From the NCBI GenBank assembly GCA_000004695.1, contig CM000152.2, positions 672,001 to 736,000 on the forward strand: DNA of 64,000 bases, given 5' to 3'. Every line of letters starts with the position of its first letter. Position 1 is the first letter of the stretch. Position numbers and translations under genes: made by a program. Under the pieces are notes generated by a model, which was given only the letters and a program-made list of their open reading frames with translations, had not been told where the DNA came from and did not search any database. This DNA is from Dictyostelium discoideum. Taxonomy: Eukaryota. Of this stretch, positions 26,307 through 39,189 are shown piece after piece.

Positions 26307-28246
26307 ACAACTTACTTGTAATGAAAAATAATTTTTAGTTGGATGAATAACTATAGAGACAGGGTTAAACTTTGGTATTGTTAATGGTTTTGAATATTTT
26401 GAAAGATAAGATAAAGAATCATTAATCTCTGGTATAAATGTTGGGATCAATGGTGATTGTACAATGGTCTTGTATTGATTATTAATTTCCCATGATGATA
26501 ATTCTTCATAGCCTGATGGTCCAATTGATAATACAAAAAACAATGGTAATTGTGGATGATGAACAATTGATAATATATTTTGACCTTTACAAATAAATCC
26601 ACTAATAAAAAAAAAAAAAAAAAAAAAATTTTTATGTTACTATGAGTATACATTTGTTGTTTTCTCTATCTATCTATCCATCTATCTGTCTTTCTTTCAT
26701 TTATATAAAGCCTATAATTCTTAATTATGTATATACATACTTTGCAATTACTTCTTGTGGATTTTGAGAAGTTAAATCACCATAAACTAAAGTTAAACCT
26801 GAAGAACCTGTCATTACTAAATATTTACCAGTTGGTTCAAATACTAAAAAGTAATGATTTGAATGTTCAATATTTCTAGTATTCTCATAGGATGAAAACT
26901 CTTCAAAATTTAAAAATGACATATTATTTCTTGTATCCCAAATCTTTAATTGACCATCAGTACTACATGATGCTAAAATGGTTTTTGCTGGATGATGTGC
27001 AATTGCTGAAATTGGTTTTTTATGTCCTTTTAATTTAAATGGTGATGATCCTTTATTATGAAAATCAACAACTAAAAATAATAATAAAGGTATGATTAAT
27101 ATTGTTTTTTTTTTTTTTGTTTTTTTTTTATAAATTTTTATTATGATGATTTTAACTTACCAACAATATCTTTAGATTCATTTTTTGAAAAAAAGATAAC
27201 AGGTTTATTTGGTGCAGCAGATTTACATGTAATTGGTCTTTTATCATCCAATTTTAATTGATGTACAATGGTTTGAAGTTTATGGGTTTCTGGATCCCAC
27301 AAATAAATAACACCCTCTTGTGTAAAAGCTAATAAAAAGGTTGGTGTTTGTATACTATTACCTGGTAATGTTATTAAATGTCTAATGGTTTCTGTTGGGT
27401 CAATAAATAATTTACCAATTACACTTTTTGTTATAATATCATAAACTATTTTTTTTTTTAAAAAAAAAAATAAATAAATAAAAAAATGAAAAAAAAATGG
27501 TTAGAAAATTATTATTACTATAGTGTTTATTAATTGTACATACAATGAACTTCATTTCTAATAGCAGCATATAATATTGGTGATTTTGGATGAAAACATA
27601 AACAATTGAATAGAATTTGATTTACCATATAACTTTGATTTGGTAATGTTGAAGAGAATGGATTTGAAATGATTGGTGATAATAAGGATAAAGAAGAGGG
27701 TGAGCCAATAGTTGAAGATAATGAATTATATTGTAATGATACACCAGTTGAATTAATGGAAACAGTTGAGCCAATTGAATCGGTTGATTTAATCGTTGGT
27801 ATATTTTGATTAATTAATAGCATATTACTACCATTCATACCATTCATACCCAATTGACCGCCACCGCCACCACCACCTATATTACTATTGCTACCGCTAC
27901 CACCACCACCACTACCTGAACCTATATTAACACCGCCACCACTGCCTCCACCACCGCCTATATTATTATTATTACCACCACCACCACCACCTATACCTAT
28001 ATTACTACCTGCATTATTACCACCACCACTACCACCACCTATATTACCATCGTTTGAATTTGGTGATGTTTGACTCTGATTTAAACTATCATATTGATAT
28101 TGTAATTGTTGTTGTACATATTGTTGTTGTTGTTGCTGTTGTTGTAATTGATTTCCTACTACAACTGTAGATGTTGATGGTGAATGATACGAATTAGAGA
28201 TTGAATTACTAATTGTAATTGATGAACAAATGCCAATCTTTAACAT
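23788..28246 (-). CDS. Large WD40-repeat protein (about 1340 aa), 5 exons, Gln/Gly-rich N-terminus and acidic Ser/Thr-rich C-terminus; family not assigned
   Basis: Minus-strand exons 28246..27544, 27445..27161, 27071..26741, 26601..26316, 26205..23788. Donors GTATGT, GTAAGT, GTATGT, GTAAGT. Total 4023 nt = 1341 codons, with phases consistent. WD40-type blocks: EGVIYLWDPETHKLQTI, GHKKPISAIAHHPAKTILASCSTDGQLKIWDTRNN, KYLVMTGSSGLTLVYGD, ILSIVHHPQLPLFFV. The N-terminus has Q9 and Gly/Asn-rich runs (GGGGGGNNNNIGGGGGSGGG). The C-terminus carries DDDSDDDSDSGADADVDSENEED and a TPTPTTT tail. Confidence 0.7.
26250..26305. repeat. (TTTA)n microsatellite, about 14 copies, inside intron 4 of the WD40 gene
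   Basis: A direct tandem tttatttattta... run on the plus strand. Confidence 0.9.
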
Positions 28247-28283
28247 TTTATTGTGGTGTATATTTTATTATTATTTTATTTAA

Positions 28284-28286
<3 letters not shown>

Positions 28287-28355
<69 letters not shown>

Positions 28356-28367
28356 TTATTATTATTA
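28287..28367. repeat. (ATT)n microsatellite, about 26 copies, intergenic (upstream of the WD40 gene)
   Basis: attattattatt... run 28287-28367, followed by (tttga)3. Confidence 0.9.
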
Positions 28368-28977
28368 TGGTTTGATTTGATTTGATTTGATTTTCTATAA
28401 ATATTAATTTTACAACAAAAACTATTTTTTTATTTTTTTATTTTTTTATTTTTTTTTTTTATTATTACAAGATATTAAACCTTAATCGGCTAATGGATAT
28501 ATGTTTATTATTATTATTTTTTATTTATTTTTTTTGTTGGGAGTGCGTTTATTATTATTTTTATTATTTGCTATTAAAACAATTTATTGTTATTTTTATT
28601 AATTTTCAGTTATCTTTTCCCCCAACACTTGTGATCACACTGTTAGTTTTTTTTTTTTTTATTTTTTGATATATAAAAAAAAAAAAAAATTAAAAATAAA
28701 AAAAAATAAAAATTTTGAAAAAAAAATCTTTTTTTTTTTTTTTTTTTATTTTTTTTTATTTTTTTTTTTTTTTGATTTTAATTTTCTTTTTTTTTTTTTT
28801 TTTTTGATTATTTTATGATAACTCTAAAATGGGTTTGAAAAATGTTAATAAAATAAATAAAAATAAAATATGTCATATTTTTTTCATTTGATTAATTGAA
28901 GAAAAAAAAAGTGAAAAAAAAAAATAAAAAAATAAATAAAAAAATAAATAAAATTATAAAAGATGTAGAAAAATTTT

Positions 28978-29025
<48 letters not shown>

Positions 29026-29368
29026 ATAGTTTAGTTTATTCAAACAGAAATTTCCATAATTATCTTTAAAAAAAATAAAAAAATAAATTTAGAAATTATT
29101 AAAAATTTAGGTCCAAATAAAGAATCCCATAAAAAGAAAAATGGTCACATAAATTAAAATAAATTAAAAAAATACAAATAAAAGAAATAATAAATTTTAA
29201 AAAAAACAATTGTTTTTAAATTATTTTGGCTTAAATTAAACTTTTTGAATAATATATTATGGAATTATATAAAGCTATATTTTTTTTATTTTAATTCTTT
29301 TTTTTTTTTTTTCAGAACTTTTTTTTGGTGAACTGGATTTTTTTTTTAAAGAAGTTTAATTGGTATTG

Positions 29369-29400
<32 letters not shown>

Positions 29401-29605
29401 CTTTTAATATTTATTTTGAAAAAATTACTAAAAACCACAATCAAATTGGATTAACAGTGATTGTTGCTGTTTTACTTTTTATTATTTTTTTATTTTTATT
29501 TTTATTTTTATTTATTTTTTTAATTTTATTTCATATTATTATTATTATATTTTTTTTTATAAATAAAAAAAGATCGATCGATGATTTATTTATTTATTTA
29601 TTTTT

Positions 29606-30308
29606 TTATTGACAAAGATATTTTTGCAATAAATCAACATTTTCTTTTGGTAAATATTGATTAAGATTAATATTACCATCACAAAACATTTGTCTGGAAT
29701 AATAACTTCCAACGATTACTAATGGTACCATTACTAAATATGTTAAGTTTCTTAATAAATGACTTGGTTTAAGCGTTTGAATTACGCTCTGAAAAGTGAG
29801 AGAGAAGATAAAAAAAAAAAAAAAAAAAATTAATATTTTTGATTTATTGAAACAACAATACATATAATAATACTTACATCACAAGTTATATTACAAAGAT
29901 TAACATCATCAACTTCAAAAGTACTCTTTTGTGGTTTCTTTAATTGTTTTCCTTGTTGTTGTAAAAGTTGTTGTTGTTGTTGATGTTGTTGAATTTGTAA
30001 TTGTCTTTTTAATAATAAACTATTATTTTCTTCTCTACAGAATAATGCTAATTCATAAACTGATTGTTTGGTTAAGGTTGGTTGATGTTGATGTTGATGT
30101 TGTTTATTACCATCCTTTTTCTCTGATGATTTCCATTGTAATAAAACATAGAGTAATAAATTATTGATTTGAGCGATAAATTCAACATATCTACTCTTCA
30201 AATAATGAAAACAATTATTATCTATATTTAAACATTCAATTACCTTATTTAAAAACTGCATATAAATATAAAAAATTATTAGTATTTATTATATTATTTT
30301 ACTATTAA

Positions 30309-30377
<69 letters not shown>

Positions 30378-31841
30378 TTACTCTTTCTCTTAAAGCTTCA
30401 TCTGGCATAGCACTATAATTTAATAATACATAAAAGTATGATGATGGTATTTTATTATTTGAAAATAATTTTTTCAAATCAAATAAGATATCAGAATATT
30501 TCATACCAATTGGTTGAACAGTTTGTAAAATCAATGCATTAAGAAATTCATCCAATGAATTTGCTAAAACAGTATCTTCAATTTCAATACCATTCTTTTG
30601 AACTCTCCTAATAAATAAAAAACATATATATAAAGAAATAAATAAATTAGCTAATTAATTAAATTGAAATATAACAATAAAAATTATTATTTAAAAACTT
30701 ACTTTAATTCTAATAATTGAATAGTAAACTTTTCAAATAATTCTAAATTTGAATGATTTGAAACTTTTGCTTTATATAAGATTGGGAAAACGATTTGTAA
30801 CCAAATTGAAGCAGTTATAGAATGTAAATTATTTTGAATTGGTTGTGAAAAGAACCAAAGATATAGAGAGACAACATTTGGTTTCAAAGTTTGTAAACTT
30901 AGTGATTTGAAATATTGTAAATTCATTAATAAAGAGTCTGGGAAATATCTAAAAATCAATTGAAGTAGTATCTCCAAACCTACACCACTACTTGAAATTG
31001 CATCTTTATCCTTTCTTAAAATTGATATAATATTATTAGCTAAAAATACAACTGTTGGTAATATATTTGACATTGGTCTACTTGAAAAGAATTTAGTCGT
31101 TTCTTTTCTAAATTTATCATCAAATTTTGATAAATAATCTATAATATTATATTATTATTATTATTATTATTATTAAATAAATTTTTTATTAATAATTGAC
31201 TATTTTTTTTTTAAAAAAAAAAAAAAAATTATAATTACCAATTCTTTGATAAAATGGAGATTGATCAGATGGAATTGAACCAAAATGTTCCTCTAAACAT
31301 TCTGCAACACATTTAATTTGAACATCAACTACCTTTGGAAATTTCTTTTCGATATTTTTTAATAAATCATAATATTTTTCAAAATTAAACTAATAATATA
31401 ATAATAAATATGTTAGTAAATGATGATTACCTATTATTATGATTATTATTATGATTATGATTATTAGATAATTACAGATTGAATTGCATTTGATAAAGAT
31501 TGTTTAGAATCTGATGGTGATTGTGGTTGTGGTTGTTGTTGAATTTGTTTCTTTTTCTTTTTTAATTTATCATTTGAATTTGATAATCTATCACTACCAG
31601 GATAATGGAAACCATTGTTTGGATTTTCAGAGGTTTGTTTTGCACCATTTCTTTTTTGATGTTCTTGAGTATGAGTGATATCATCTTCATCTTCGTCTAA
31701 TATATCCCATGGATTATATCCTGCTGGTCTATTTTTAATATTGAATGCTTTTGATGAGTCTGAAAATAATTCTGCAATTTTCTTTTGTTTTTCCTATAAT
31801 AAAAAATTAATGTTAAAAATAAATAAATAAATAAAATAAAT

Positions 31842-31872
<31 letters not shown>

Positions 31873-32045
31873 TGTATGATCATACATTATGTTCAATAAT
31901 TTCTTGTTGTCTTTTCTTCTCTTTTTCTAATTTTCTCTTTTCTCTTTTTTCATTCATTTCTTTATTTCTTTGTTCTTTTGTTGGTACTTCCTCCCATCCT
32001 TCTTCATCACTATCAATGATCTCTTCTTCTATAATGATTTTATTA

Positions 32046-32085
<40 letters not shown>

Positions 32086-32101
32086 TCTTTTTTTTTGCCA
32101 T
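29606..32101 (-). CDS. Hypothetical conserved-looking protein, 7 exons, about 635 aa (N-terminal Lys/Glu-rich charged region, helical core, short C-terminal hydrophobic segment)
   Basis: Minus-strand exons 32101..31886, 31793..31476, 31389..31239, 31138..30703, 30607..30382, 30255..29878, 29788..29606. Donors GTATGA, GTAATT, GTAATT, GTAAGT, GTAAGT, GTAAGT. Total 1908 nt = 636 codons, with every junction in phase. Begins MAKKKS-N14-KIIIEEEIIDSDEEGWEEVPTKEQRNKEMNEKREKRKLEKEKKRQQE. Later NRPAGYNPWDILDEDEDD, LQLIFRYFPDSLLMNLQYFKSL, AMPDEALRER and a Q/H-rich stretch. Ends ...LTYLVMVPLVIVGSYYSRQMFCDGNINLNQYLPKENVDLLQKYLCQ. No confident family assignment. Confidence 0.55.
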
Positions 32102-32750
32102 GGCTTTTTATCTTTATTTATCTGTTTTTTAAAATAAAAAAAAAATGAAAATAAAAAAAATAAAAAATAAAAAATTCAGAAAAAAAAATGTTTTTAATTT
32201 TGTGGGTCTCTTCAAAGAAATTTTATTGTGGTGAAAAAAAGAAAAGTGTGTTTAAAAAATGGTTTTTTTTTAAAAGTCAAAAAAATATTAATAAAAAAAT
32301 ATTCAAATTTGGGAAATAAATTATTTTCTTTATTTTTTTTTTATTTTTTTTTTTTTATTAAAGATTTAATTGTGTTTATTTTTAAAATTGATTTAGTGTA
32401 GATAAATAGTGCACCCAAATATACACAAAATGATACAAAAAATAAAAAAAAATGAATGTAATCATTCATATTTTTTTTTTTTTTCTTCATTTCTTTTTTA
32501 AGTAATTTTTTTTTTTTTTATTAAGGTAAAGGATGTATCTTTCATCAGTAACTCAAAATTTCATATCGATGTGATCATATCAAGTCGTAATGAAGGAAAT
32601 CATTCTAGGCAACCTCTTAAAGTCATCAGAACAAAGAAAAATAAATTTCAACCTGCTTGACTAACAAAATTGCACATCATTGTTAAACTTTATAAAATCA
32701 TACAAAAAATTTTATTATACTCAATTAAAAATAATTAAAATTATGGGAGA

Positions 32751-32783
<33 letters not shown>

Positions 32784-33713
32784 CAGAATTTTTTTTTTTT
32801 TTTTTTTTTTTGATTATTTTTATCTCTTTAAAATCACCAAAATCATCAACAATTATACCAAATAAAGATAAATTATCTCTTTCTAAAAAAATAAAAATAA
32901 AAAAATAAAAATAAAAATAAAAATAAAAAAGATAATAAAAGATTACACACATTTTTTTTTTTTATTTATTTTTTTATTTCAAATTAAGAATAAAAATTAT
33001 GTTCCCCGTTTAACAAGAAAATCGTTCTTAAAATTCAAAAAAAAAAAAAAAAAATTAAAGATTGAAATAAAAAGGAATATTGTAAAAATTGTAATATATT
33101 TTAAAACCTGACGATGATGGTAATTCTCAAGAAAATTTTTATTATTCTAGTTTATTAGGTGAAGATAACTTGGAATGGATAACATTGAAAAATATTATTT
33201 AGTACATTGTAAAATAATTACTTGGAAGTAGTTGGAGAAATAAAATCAAAATAATTTTTATTATAAATTTAAAGCTCTATATAAATATATATATTCAAGT
33301 CATTATTATTTTATTATTGTTTTAATTTATATTCTTCAGATTTTGGGAATTATTAAAAAAAAAAAAAAAATAAAAAATAAAAAAAAAAAAAAACAAAGAA
33401 GAAAAGAAAAACAAACACACACACCACAACCAGTGGGTGTGATTGTAACACCATTATTGGTTTTGTTTTTTTTTTTTTATTTTTTAATTATTTAATTATA
33501 TTTTTTTAATAATTAAATTTAAATCCTCTTTTTATTTTTTATTTAAAAATTGTAATTATGTATTTTTTTTTTTTAATTATTTTTTATTTTTTTTTTGAAT
33601 TAATTTATTAATATTATTATAATTTTTTATTTATTATTAAATTTTGATTCTATTTTTATTTTTTTATTTTTTTTTATTTATATATTATTAAAATAAATAT
33701 TTTATTATTATAA

Positions 33714-35567
33714 ATGGATAAAATAATAATATTAATAATTAATTTATTAATTATTGTTATTATAAAAATTAATAAATGTAATTCATTGGATATTACATTT
33801 TTAATTGATTTTAATTCGAGATTTCATTATGATAAATCTGAATGTGGTGGATCAATTGAAGTAGATACATCAAGATTAGATAATTTTTTTCAAGAAAATT
33901 ATCTAATCTATCCACCATGTAAATCATTTGATGATGTTGGAGATAGAATTAGACAACTCTCATTAAAATCATATGAAAATGTATCATTATTTATAAATAT
34001 TAAACCATATGATTGGAAAAATCAAGAAATTACCTCAAATGGAATTAAAATTATACCTTCATTTTGTCATTTTTCAATTTCAATGACAGATGATCAAAAT
34101 AATAAAAATAATAACAATGAAGATTATTTAATAACAATCCAAGGTAGATCAGAATTCATAGGTTATAATTTTACAAATGATATGATATGTTATGATAATA
34201 AAAATAATAATAAGAATCCAAATAGAATGATATTAAAAAATTTAAAATTTAAAAAATGGGGATACCCAATAATTGTTATTTATCAAGATTTAAAGAAATT
34301 AAAGAAACCAACAATTAATATTGAATTTAGTAATATTAAAACTGATGAATCAAATGTATTTTTAGTTAGTGTTAATGGTAATAAAAATCAAGCTATTAAT
34401 TTCATAATTGAGAATTGTACATTTTCAAATATTTTAAATGAAAATCATACAACATTAATATGGGTTCAAGATAATAATAATATTTGGATTGATAAATGTA
34501 AATTTGATAATATTAATATATCAATGGCATTAATAGTTAATTTGAATGGAATATTGTCAATTAAAAACACAGATTTCAATATGATTACAATTAAAAACCA
34601 AGATCCTATACTATTTAATCAAAATCAGTATATTGAATTAAATAATATTAATGTTAATGGTAGTTCATTCAGATCATTTTGTGTACAAGGCTATAGAGAA
34701 TCACAAACAATTAATAATATAAATAAAACTAATATAATTAGAAATATTAATTTCATAAAGAATACAAATACAATATTGAAACCGATTTTGGACCAGGATG
34801 ATATTCTAACTGGTTTAATAATAATAAATGGTGATGTAGCTTCTGATAGTGGTAGTGGTAGTGGTGCACCACCAACTAATAAATCAATAAATAATTTAAA
34901 AGTTGAAATTACAAATGTTTCAATTGAAAATTTCAATCAAATCAATGATAATACTAAAAATTTAATTGTAACTTTTAATATTCATACTCTAACAATTAAT
35001 AATATTAAAATTTCAAAACCAAATCAATTTAAATCATCAATATTCACAAATGATACAATAATAATTATTAATAATAGTAATAGTATTTTATCATCAAATA
35101 TATTTTGTGAAGGTATTAATAATTTAATAAATATTGAAATTAATGAAAATTATAGTATTAATAGTGGTGAAAATAATAATAATAATAATAATAATTATTT
35201 AAATAATAATTTAAAAAAGTATTGTAAAAATTGTACTTTAAATTATATAACAATATTAAATAAAAATAATAAAAGCAATAATAATAATTATAAAAATAAT
35301 AATAATAATAATAATAAAAAAAATAATAGTGATGATGATTTTAAGAAAATATTAATTATTCCAATTGTATTGGGTGGAATGGTATTTTTATCATTATTTA
35401 TTGGTATTATAATTTTTAGAAAAAGAGTTGCAAAAAGATTTGGTAAAAATGATAATTATGATGGTGGTAATAGTAACAATTATAATGATATAGATAGATT
35501 GGATTTTGGAAATATTGATAATTTTGGAAAATTGGAAAATGAATCTTACCACCACCAGTTATATTAA
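33714..35567 (+). CDS. Type I membrane glycoprotein, Asn-rich, 617 aa, intronless (function unknown)
   Basis: Complete ORF. N-terminal hydrophobic signal (MDKIIILIINLLIIVIIKINKCNSL). More than 25 NxS/T sequons. A GSGSGA linker. A single TM helix near the C-terminus (IIPIVLGGMVFLSLFIGIIIF) followed by a basic stop-transfer (RKRVAKRFGK) and a short tail. Confidence 0.7.
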   Translation: MDKIIILIINLLIIVIIKINKCNSLDITFLIDFNSRFHYDKSECGGSIEVDTSRLDNFFQENYLIYPPCKSFDDVGDRIRQLSLKSYENVSLFINIKPYDWKNQEITSNGIKIIPSFCHFSISMTDDQNNKNNNNEDYLITIQGRSEFIGYNFTNDMICYDNKNNNKNPNRMILKNLKFKKWGYPIIVIYQDLKKLKKPTINIEFSNIKTDESNVFLVSVNGNKNQAINFIIENCTFSNILNENHTTLIWVQDNNNIWIDKCKFDNINISMALIVNLNGILSIKNTDFNMITIKNQDPILFNQNQYIELNNINVNGSSFRSFCVQGYRESQTINNINKTNIIRNINFIKNTNTILKPILDQDDILTGLIIINGDVASDSGSGSGAPPTNKSINNLKVEITNVSIENFNQINDNTKNLIVTFNIHTLTINNIKISKPNQFKSSIFTNDTIIIINNSNSILSSNIFCEGINNLINIEINENYSINSGENNNNNNNNYLNNNLKKYCKNCTLNYITILNKNNKSNNNNYKNNNNNNNKKNNSDDDFKKILIIPIVLGGMVFLSLFIGIIIFRKRVAKRFGKNDNYDGGNSNNYNDIDRLDFGNIDNFGKLENESYHHQLY

Positions 35568-35797
35568 TTTCAACAAAACAAGAATAATTATTAAATTAAT
35601 AAATTTTTCATAAAGGTTGATATTAAAAAAAATTGTCATTTAAAATAAAAAAAAAAAAAAAAATAAAAATAAAAAAAAAAAAAAAAAATAAAAATTTGTC
35701 GTTTTTACAAGATGGTTTTGTTTTTAGAAAAAAAAAAAAAAAAAAAAAAAACTTTTTCATTTTTGATTTACACACCACAAAAAAAAAAAAAAAAAAA

Positions 35798-37485
35798 ATG
35801 ATTCCAAATTTATTAAAATCATCAAAAAATCATTTAAAAAATATTTCTAAAATTAGAAATAATTTTAATTTAACAAATCAAAGACATCAAATTATTTTAA
35901 TTTCATCAAATAATAATAATATTAATAATAATAATATTATTAAATCATTAAATAGTAGTATTTTATTTTCAAATCAAAACAAAAACAACAACAATATTTG
36001 TTTCAATAATAATAATAAAAGATATTATAGTATAAAACCAACACATAACGAAAATTTAATTAGTAAAGCATCAGAATTAATTAATGAATCAAGATTTGAA
36101 GAAGCAATTAAATTGTTGAATACAGCAATTGAAATTCAACCATTAGATGCTAATGCATATGCATTACGTGCTGACACTTTAGAATTCTTGGGTAGATATG
36201 ATGAAGCAATTTTAGATTATGAAAAGATACTTGGATTTCTACCACAAAGTATTCCATGTTATTCATCATTAGCATCATGTTTTTATAATAAAGGTGAAAT
36301 TGATCGTGCAATTAGATATTTTGAACAAATTTTAATTATTGATCCAAATGTAAGTTATAAATATTTATATATATGTACTTTAGTAAAAATCATTAATTTA
36401 TAAATAAATTATAGTATATACCAGCAAATGGATTTTTAGGTGATATTTATTTAAAAAAAGGTGATTTAAGTAAATCATTAGAATATTATAAAAATGTATT
36501 AAGGATTCAACCAGAGAGTGTTATTGGTTTAGTTGGGTTAGGATGTTTGGCATTGAAACAAAATAATAAAAAAGATGCAACAAAGATCTTTCGTCAAGTT
36601 ATAAAATTAGGTGAAGGTAAACCAATTTCATTTTTCCAAACATCAGTATCAACTAGTGGTGGTAGTAGTGATAATAATAATAGTGGCAATTATTATCAAA
36701 ATGATGTAAAATTTAAAGGATCAATTGATAGTAATCCAATCTATATTGCACATGTATCATTGGCACATATATATTATAATGAATTGAATGCAGTTGAAGC
36801 ATTGAAACAGTTTAATAAAGTTATAGAATACAATCCAAACAATTCCAATGCATTAGCATTAGCATCGACATTGAAGCAACAAGATGGTCAGCTTGGGGAA
36901 GCATTGGAAACCATTGATAAATCACTTGAACTAGACCCATCCTCAGAGTTCAGTAAATCGATAAAGGCTGATATTTTATATGATTTAGAACGTTTTGAAG
37001 AGGCTGTACCCTTGTTTAAGGAATTGCTAGCTGGCTTCCTTCAAGGCGAGAACCCAGACCCAGAGAAGGCATTACCTCGTCTATCGGTTTTACATAACTT
37101 AATATTATCATATGCCCATCTTTCCGCCCAATTCCCACAAATCATCGATTTCAATGAAATCTCTCAAAAGATTGAGCCAATAACAGAGATGGAACAACTT
37201 TCAAAAACTCCTGAAACCCTTTTCGAACTAAATGCTTCTTGTAGACATTGGGTTAAATTCTTTCAAAGATTATCACAATCAGTTTATATTAGTGGTACCG
37301 TTCAAAGAGAATTCTCTGATTTAATGTTAGAATTCTTCCAATCAATAGCTTTAGCTGCAAGTGAAATCGTTCAAATTAATCATCGTGAAATGCAAAATCA
37401 ATCTGAAAATCCAATCTTATCAAAAGATGATGAAATGGAAAAAATGTTATTTGAATATTATACTGATTTAACTTTTTCAATTTTA

Positions 37486-37520
<35 letters not shown>

Positions 37521-37539
37521 TAATAATAATGATAATTAG
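35798..37539 (+). CDS. TPR-repeat protein, 2 exons, about 558 aa; the N-terminus looks like a mitochondrial presequence
   Basis: Exons 35798..36349 (donor GTAAGT at 36350) and 36415..37539 (acceptor ...TTATAG). The N-terminus MIPNLLKSSKNHLKNISKIRNNFNLTNQRHQ is basic and hydroxylated with no acidic residues. TPR units: EAIKLLNTAIEIQPLDANAYALRADTLEFLGRYDEAILDYEKIL, SLASCFYNKGEIDRAIRYFEQILIIDPN|YIPANGFLGDIYLKKGDLSKSLEYYKNVLRIQPE, LALKQNNKKDATKIFRQVIKL, AHIYYNELNAVEALKQFNKVIEYNPNN. Confidence 0.75.
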
Positions 37540-37647
37540 AAATAATAAAAAAAAATATATAACCCTCTTATTTTGTTTAAAAAAAAAAAAAAAAATTGTA
37601 TATATAAATAAATATATATTTTTTATTTTTTTTTATTTTTTTTATTT

Positions 37648-37957
37648 TTAAAAATCAATTAAAATTTCAATATTTTGATCAGGATGATAAGATTCAATAG
37701 CTTGTTTACAATGTTCTAATAATTCTTTTAAATGATGTAAACTATATGATGCTTTTATTCTTTCTTGTTCATCCCAATCATATTGAAGTGTATCTCTTTT
37801 AATTTTAAATGGTTTTTGTCTATAATAAATTGAAATAATTGGTACACCTGCTATATCACCAGGGAATTTTTCTTTATATTCCATAGTAGATTGATCTATA
37901 AAATAATATAATACATTTTTATCTTTTGAAAATAATTGTTCAATATTTGATGCTCTA

Positions 37958-38010
<53 letters not shown>

Positions 38011-38709
38011 TGATGATGTTAGTGCATGTTTATTTATCTCAGTGTACGTATGTGTGTATAAATGAAATGAAATATTTGAAAATAAAGAATAATATTAAAA
38101 CACAACATACAAATTTCTAGATTGAAAATACCAATCAACACAATGAACCATAAAAATAATATGAGAAGGATCATCATATGCAAACTGCATTGCTTGTTCT
38201 AATGGAGTGAATTGAATTGATTTTGAAAATTTAATTCTTTGTTTATTTACAACACTATTATATAACTCTTTTGGTGTTAATGCAATTGAAGTTGCCATTG
38301 AAGCTGATGAGAATTCATCATCATCACTTGAATCATCATCATCATCATAATCTTCATCGTCATCATCACTGTAATCTGTTGAACTTAATTTTGTTGAAGC
38401 TTTTTGGTTACTGATTTGTTGTGCTAATGCAGCTTGTTGTTGTGCTAATGTTTTCTCTTGTTGTTGTTTCTCTTGTTGTTGCTGTTGTTGCTGTTGTTGT
38501 AATAATGCTAATTTCTTTTTTGATAATTTCTTTGTTTTTTTAGATTTATCTTTTTCTGAAAGTTCACTCTCTTTAGTGATTATACCACTTCCTAAATTAC
38601 CAGAAGATGGTTCATCTGAAAGAAACTTCTTTAATGTATTTTTATGTAACTTTTTTAAATTTGTTTTTTTTTCTTTTTCAATCTCTTTTTCACTTTTTTT
38701 TGAACCCAT
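37648..38709 (-). CDS. Hypothetical protein, 2 exons, about 301 aa (Lys-rich N-terminus, Q-run, acidic DDDDEDYDDDDD block, conserved-looking C-terminal domain)
   Basis: Minus-strand exons 38709..38111 (donor GTATGT) and 37954..37648 (acceptor TTATTTAG). Total 906 nt = 302 codons. The 156-nt intron contains (ATT)17. C-terminal region: ...FTPLEQAMQFAYDDPSHIIFMVHCVDWYFQSRNL|LASNIEQLFSKDKNVLYYFIDQSTMEYKEKFPGDIAGVPIISIYYRQKPFKIKRDTLQYDWDEQERIKASYSLHHLKELLEHCKQAIESYHPDQNIEILIDF. Confidence 0.6.
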
Positions 38710-38804
38710 TATTTTTTAATATTATTACAAATAATAATTTTTAATGAAAAATGGATTTTTTAATTTAAAAAAAAAAAAAAAAAAAAAAACCAATTTAAAT
38801 TTTC

Positions 38805-38841
<37 letters not shown>

Positions 38842-39060
38842 AAAAATATATATATTTACCAGTTTGGTATTTTAAAACAATAAAGAAATCCAAAACAAAT
38901 ATTAAGAAATTTAAAAATTAATTGATGTAAAAATCAAGTAAAAACTTTTTTTATTTATTTATTTATTTATTTTTTATTTTTTTTTTGTTTTTTTTTTTTA
39001 ATTTTATTTTATTTTTATTTTTTATTTTTTTAATTTTTTTTTTTTTTTTTTTTTTTTTTT

Positions 39061-39072
39061 TCGAGAATCGTT
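39061..39072 (+). promoter_or_regulatory. CG-containing 12-mer TCGAGAATCGTT directly 3' of a 30-nt poly(T), 129 bp upstream of the tsr1 ATG; the identical 12-mer recurs at 58832-58843 upstream of the Tra2-like gene
   Basis: Exact 12/12 match between 39061-39072 and 58832-58843. Both are on the plus strand, both sit downstream of long poly(T), and both are upstream of plus-strand genes. Confidence 0.4.
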
Positions 39073-39078
39073 CGGTTT

Positions 39079-39120
<42 letters not shown>

Positions 39121-39189
39121 ATTCTTTCTTTTTTTAAACCCTATTTTTATTTTTCCTTAAAATAAAATAAAATAAAATCAAAAAATAGG

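Noticed and set aside
27888-28073. Poly-Pro ORF (+)
   Set aside because: It is antisense to the GGT/GGC-rich segment that encodes the Gly/Asn-rich N-terminus of the minus-strand WD40 protein.
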